From Rhodospirillaceae bacterium (GTDB taxonomy: Bacteria > Pseudomonadota > Alphaproteobacteria > GCA-2746255): 64,000 nucleotides of DNA. This document shows positions 61,543 through 64,000 of this stretch, one piece after another; position 1 is the first letter of the stretch; each line of letters opens with the position of its first letter. The position numbers and the translations under genes are program-made. Location: assembly GCA_002746255.1 (NCBI GenBank), contig NVWO01000004.1, forward strand, positions 76,774-140,773, given 5' to 3'. Below the pieces are notes generated by a model, which was not told the origin of the DNA, searched no databases, and saw only the letters and a program-made list of their open reading frames with translations.

Positions 61543-63189
61543 CTATTCCTTGTTAATGAAGGCCGCGATTTCCTTGCCCAGGGTTTCGGATTGCTGGGAC
61601 AGCTCGCTTGCAGCTTCCAGCACCTGTCCGGCGGATTGGCCGGCTTCGTCGGCGGCGGCAGCCACCTGCGAGATGGTGCCGGTCACTTCCTGGGTTCCGG
61701 TGGCGGCCTCCTGAACGTTGCGACTGATCTCAGAGGTCGCAGCGCCCTGTTCCTCGACGGCCGAGGCGATGCTTGCCGCAATCTCGTTGATCTCCTTGAT
61801 GGTCGAACCGATGCCCTTGATGGCGCTGACGGCTTCCCCGGTGGCACCCTGAATGGCGCTGATCTGATTGCCGATTTCCTCGGTCGCCTTGGCCGTCTGA
61901 TTGGCCAGATTCTTGACCTCGGAAGCCACAACCGCAAAGCCCCGACCGGCGTCGCCGGCGCGCGCCGCCTCGATGGTGGCGTTCAGGGCCAGCAGATTGG
62001 TCTGGCCGGCGATGTCGTTGATCAGGCTGACGACGTCGCCGATCTTCTGGGCCGCTTCGGCCAGGCCTTCGACGGTGACGTTCGTCTCTTCCGCCTGGGT
62101 GACGGCGTTCTGGGCCACTTCCGAGGATTTTGAGACCTGACGGCTGATTTCCGAGATCGAACTCGACAGCTCTTCGGCCGCCGCAGCGACCGTCTGGACG
62201 TTCGTCGTCGCTTCTTCGGCGGCGGCGGAAACCGAGGCGCTTTGCTCGCTGGTGCGTTTGGCAATCGACGACATCTCTTCGGCCGAGGCCTGCAATTCCG
62301 TCGAAGCCGACGCGACGGTTTGAACGACTCCCTTCACATGCCGTTCGAAATTGTTTGTCATGGTAACGATGTTCGTAATCACGCTCCAGGACAGCATGGG
62401 GCCGATATAGCCGCCATCTTTGTCCATGATGGCGGAAACCTTTAGATCCAGGGTCTCGTCGCCGATCTGGATGCGCGCCTGATGGGGCAGGTTCTTGGGA
62501 TCGGCGAGCAGCTTGCGCTGATGGGTCGGGTTTTTGTGGAAGATGTCGATGCATTGACCAAGCAGGGCATCGGCCTTGACCGGCAGCAGATGTTCCAGGG
62601 TTTTCAGGGTATCGATGCTGGTCTGGTTGATGTAATTGATCTCGAGCGTCTTGGGATCGCACATCATGACGTTGATCGGCATGTTGTCGACCATCTGGGT
62701 CAGACGTGCCGCATCCGCGTCCAGTTTTACTTTCTCGGTAATGACGCTCCAGGACAGCATGGGGCCGATGTAGTCGCCGTCTTTGTCCATGATGGCCGTG
62801 ACGAGAAGGTCCAGGGTCTCATCGCCGATCTGGATATGCGTCTGATGGGGCAGGTTTTTGGGATCGCCCAGCAGCTTGCGCTGATGCGATGGGTCTTTAT
62901 GAAAAATATCAATGCATTGGCCAAGCAACTCGTCGGCCTTGACCGGCAGCAGATGTTCCAGGGTTTTGAGAGTGTCGATGCTGGTCTGGTTGATGTAGTT
63001 GATCTTTAAATCGACCGGATCGCAGGTCATGACGTTGATCGGCATGGTGTCGATCATCTGGCGGAAATTTGCAAGCTGCTGTGCGATATCTTCGTATCGT
63101 TGCTCGCTGTTTGTTACGGTCGCCGATTCTTGCTCATCTATCGGTGTTTCGATTTCCTCTACCGCCAATTCTTGCCTATTCGTCTTCAT
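61543..63189 (-). CDS. soluble methyl-accepting chemotaxis protein with two tandem near-identical PAS domains
   Basis: Start at an internal Met with a GAAGGA SD (the ORF track extends to 63279). No TM segments. PAS repeats ~121 aa apart. C-terminal MCP signalling domain (LLALNATIEAARAGDAGRGFAVVASEVKNLA). Confidence 0.85.
   Translation of the reverse strand: MKTNRQELAVEEIETPIDEQESATVTNSEQRYEDIAQQLANFRQMIDTMPINVMTCDPVDLKINYINQTSIDTLKTLEHLLPVKADELLGQCIDIFHKDPSHQRKLLGDPKNLPHQTHIQIGDETLDLLVTAIMDKDGDYIGPMLSWSVITEKVKLDADAARLTQMVDNMPINVMMCDPKTLEINYINQTSIDTLKTLEHLLPVKADALLGQCIDIFHKNPTHQRKLLADPKNLPHQARIQIGDETLDLKVSAIMDKDGGYIGPMLSWSVITNIVTMTNNFERHVKGVVQTVASASTELQASAEEMSSIAKRTSEQSASVSAAAEEATTNVQTVAAAAEELSSSISEISRQVSKSSEVAQNAVTQAEETNVTVEGLAEAAQKIGDVVSLINDIAGQTNLLALNATIEAARAGDAGRGFAVVASEVKNLANQTAKATEEIGNQISAIQGATGEAVSAIKGIGSTIKEINEIAASIASAVEEQGAATSEISRNVQEAATGTQEVTGTISQVAAAADEAGQSAGQVLEAASELSQQSETLGKEIAAFINKE
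62374..63045. repeat. intragenic tandem duplication (2 x ~310-360 bp) encoding two near-identical PAS domains of the MCP
   Basis: Protein segments MPINVMTCDP...SWSVIT and MPINVMMCDP...SWSVIT are about 85% identical and 121 aa apart. The DNA-level repeat is obvious by eye (for example GTCTCATCGCCGATCTGGAT.GCG.CTGATGGGGCAGGTT in both). Confidence 0.7.
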
Positions 63190-63330
63190 GGTTGCTGATC
63201 CTTCTCGATGCGATCCCTTGGATTCTGCAGTCATTACGGTCCGGCGGTGTTTCTTCCTGGCGTTGTTCCAGCAGCACAAAACACGTAATGGTTGAATGAT
63301 GAGGTCACTATCTCGCGTTAATCCTTAATA

Positions 63331-63346
63331 CGCCATTAATATGGCG
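63331..63346. promoter_or_regulatory. dyad CGCCAT-TAAT-ATGGCG in the divergent intergenic region between the PAS-MCP gene and the SDR gene
   Basis: 6-bp perfect arms (7/8 if extended to TACGCCAT/ATGGCGTG) around an AT core in an AT-rich stretch. Confidence 0.25.
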
Positions 63347-63504
63347 TGTATTTTTACAAGAACACTATCGTATAAATTGCATAGAGACGTCCCGTGATCC
63401 GGGGCGGCCGGTTGCGGCGGCAAATTGTCTGCAAATACCGCCCTAGGACTTGACAGCATCGAGCCACGCGAACATGAAGGTCTGTCTCACATGAAGAAGG
63501 AAGA

Positions 63505-64000
63505 ATGATGGAAGGAAAAGCCATGCTTGCGGGCAAGGTTGTGTTGGTGACCGGGGCCGGTGGCGGCATCGGTCGGGAGATTGCCCTGCTTATGGGGGCA
63601 TCTGGCGCGCGCGTCGTTGTAAACGATATCGGGGCCAGTCTGTCCGGCGAAGGCAGCAGTCTTTCCCCTGCTGAGGACGTTGTGAAAACGATCTGTGCCG
63701 GTGGCGGCGAGGCGGTTGCCAATAGCGACAGTGTCGCGGAGGCGGCAGGTGCCGAACGGATGGTGCAAACCGCGATCGATGCCTTTGGGCGGATCGATTG
63801 CGTGGTCAACAACGCCGGGATTCTGAGAGACGGTATTTTTCACAAGATGACGGAAGCGGATTGGCGGGCGGTCATCGATGTCCATTTGAATGGGGCGTTT
63901 CTGGTGTCCCGCGCGGCGGCGCCTCATTTTCGCAAGCAGGAAGGCGGCAGCTACGTCCACATGACTTCGACCTCGGGTCTCATCGGTAATTTTGGCCAGG
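63505..64000 (+). CDS. SDR family oxidoreductase (partial, runs off the window end)
   Basis: Forward frame from ATGATG at 63505: MMEGKAMLAGKVVLVTGAGGGIGREIALLMGASGARVVVND...VVNNAGILRD (Rossmann TGxxxGxG and NNAG motifs). No stop before 64000. Absent from the ORF track because it is open-ended. Confidence 0.8.
   Translation, partial: MMEGKAMLAGKVVLVTGAGGGIGREIALLMGASGARVVVNDIGASLSGEGSSLSPAEDVVKTICAGGGEAVANSDSVAEAAGAERMVQTAIDAFGRIDCVVNNAGILRDGIFHKMTEADWRAVIDVHLNGAFLVSRAAAPHFRKQEGGSYVHMTSTSGLIGNFGQ

Overview
A 64-kb chromosomal segment with high GC (about 60% by eye) and tightly packed genes, consistent with an alphaproteobacterium. The lineage markers are LpxI in place of LpxH, an IspD/IspF fusion, a PDH E1-beta carrying an N-terminal lipoyl domain, and a GTTC-N7-GTTC LexA box. 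Nearly all of the window is conserved housekeeping genes, in this order: lpxD' (3' end)-fabZ-lpxA-lpxI-lpxB, gltA, gltX, comEC, lexA, moeA-moaC, trpC-trpD-trpG, a Cu(I) P-type ATPase (two HMA domains), a YibQ-like polysaccharide-deacetylase-family gene, trpE, ppiD, tpiA-secG-pyrG-kdsA-eno-ftsB, pdhA-pdhB-pdhC-lpd-lipA, SRPBCC/RatA-like, cinA, pgpA, ispDF, ntrB-ntrC, trkA, a class IV aminotransferase, a HAD hydrolase, hfq-hflX, mazG, bioC-bioH-like, an MBL hydrolase, tatD, metG, holB, tmk, dacC, rlpA, mltB, a Sel1-repeat protein, an orphan hypothetical ORF, tRNA-Ser(UGA), an ABC-F ATPase, a soluble double-PAS chemoreceptor and a partial SDR gene. The most unusual structure is a lower-GC insertion of about 3.7 kb (17255-20960) that splits the convergent yibQ-like/trpE junction. 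It is bracketed by 323-bp direct repeats that are about 96% identical; the repeats duplicate the 3' ends of both flanking genes and leave a truncated trpE' remnant. The insertion carries a minus-strand operon of an outer-membrane beta-barrel protein with an N-terminal coiled coil, a ZnuA/TroA-like periplasmic metal-binding protein and an ABC-3 (ZnuB-like) permease, with no ATPase gene and no integrase or transposase. A GTCTCG-N4-CGAGAC palindrome sits in the operon's promoter region. A second candidate sits upstream of tRNA-Ser: an orphan 329-aa ORF with no motif I recognise, lower in GC, preceded by a 464-bp AT-rich spacer and a 39-codon sORF with a good SD. No rRNA, CRISPR array, phage genes or obvious defence genes were found. 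Gene starts were refined from the ORF track where an internal Met with an SD and a typical N-terminus was evident. No coordinates, identities or GC values were computed with tools; they were derived by hand from the sequence and ORF track.
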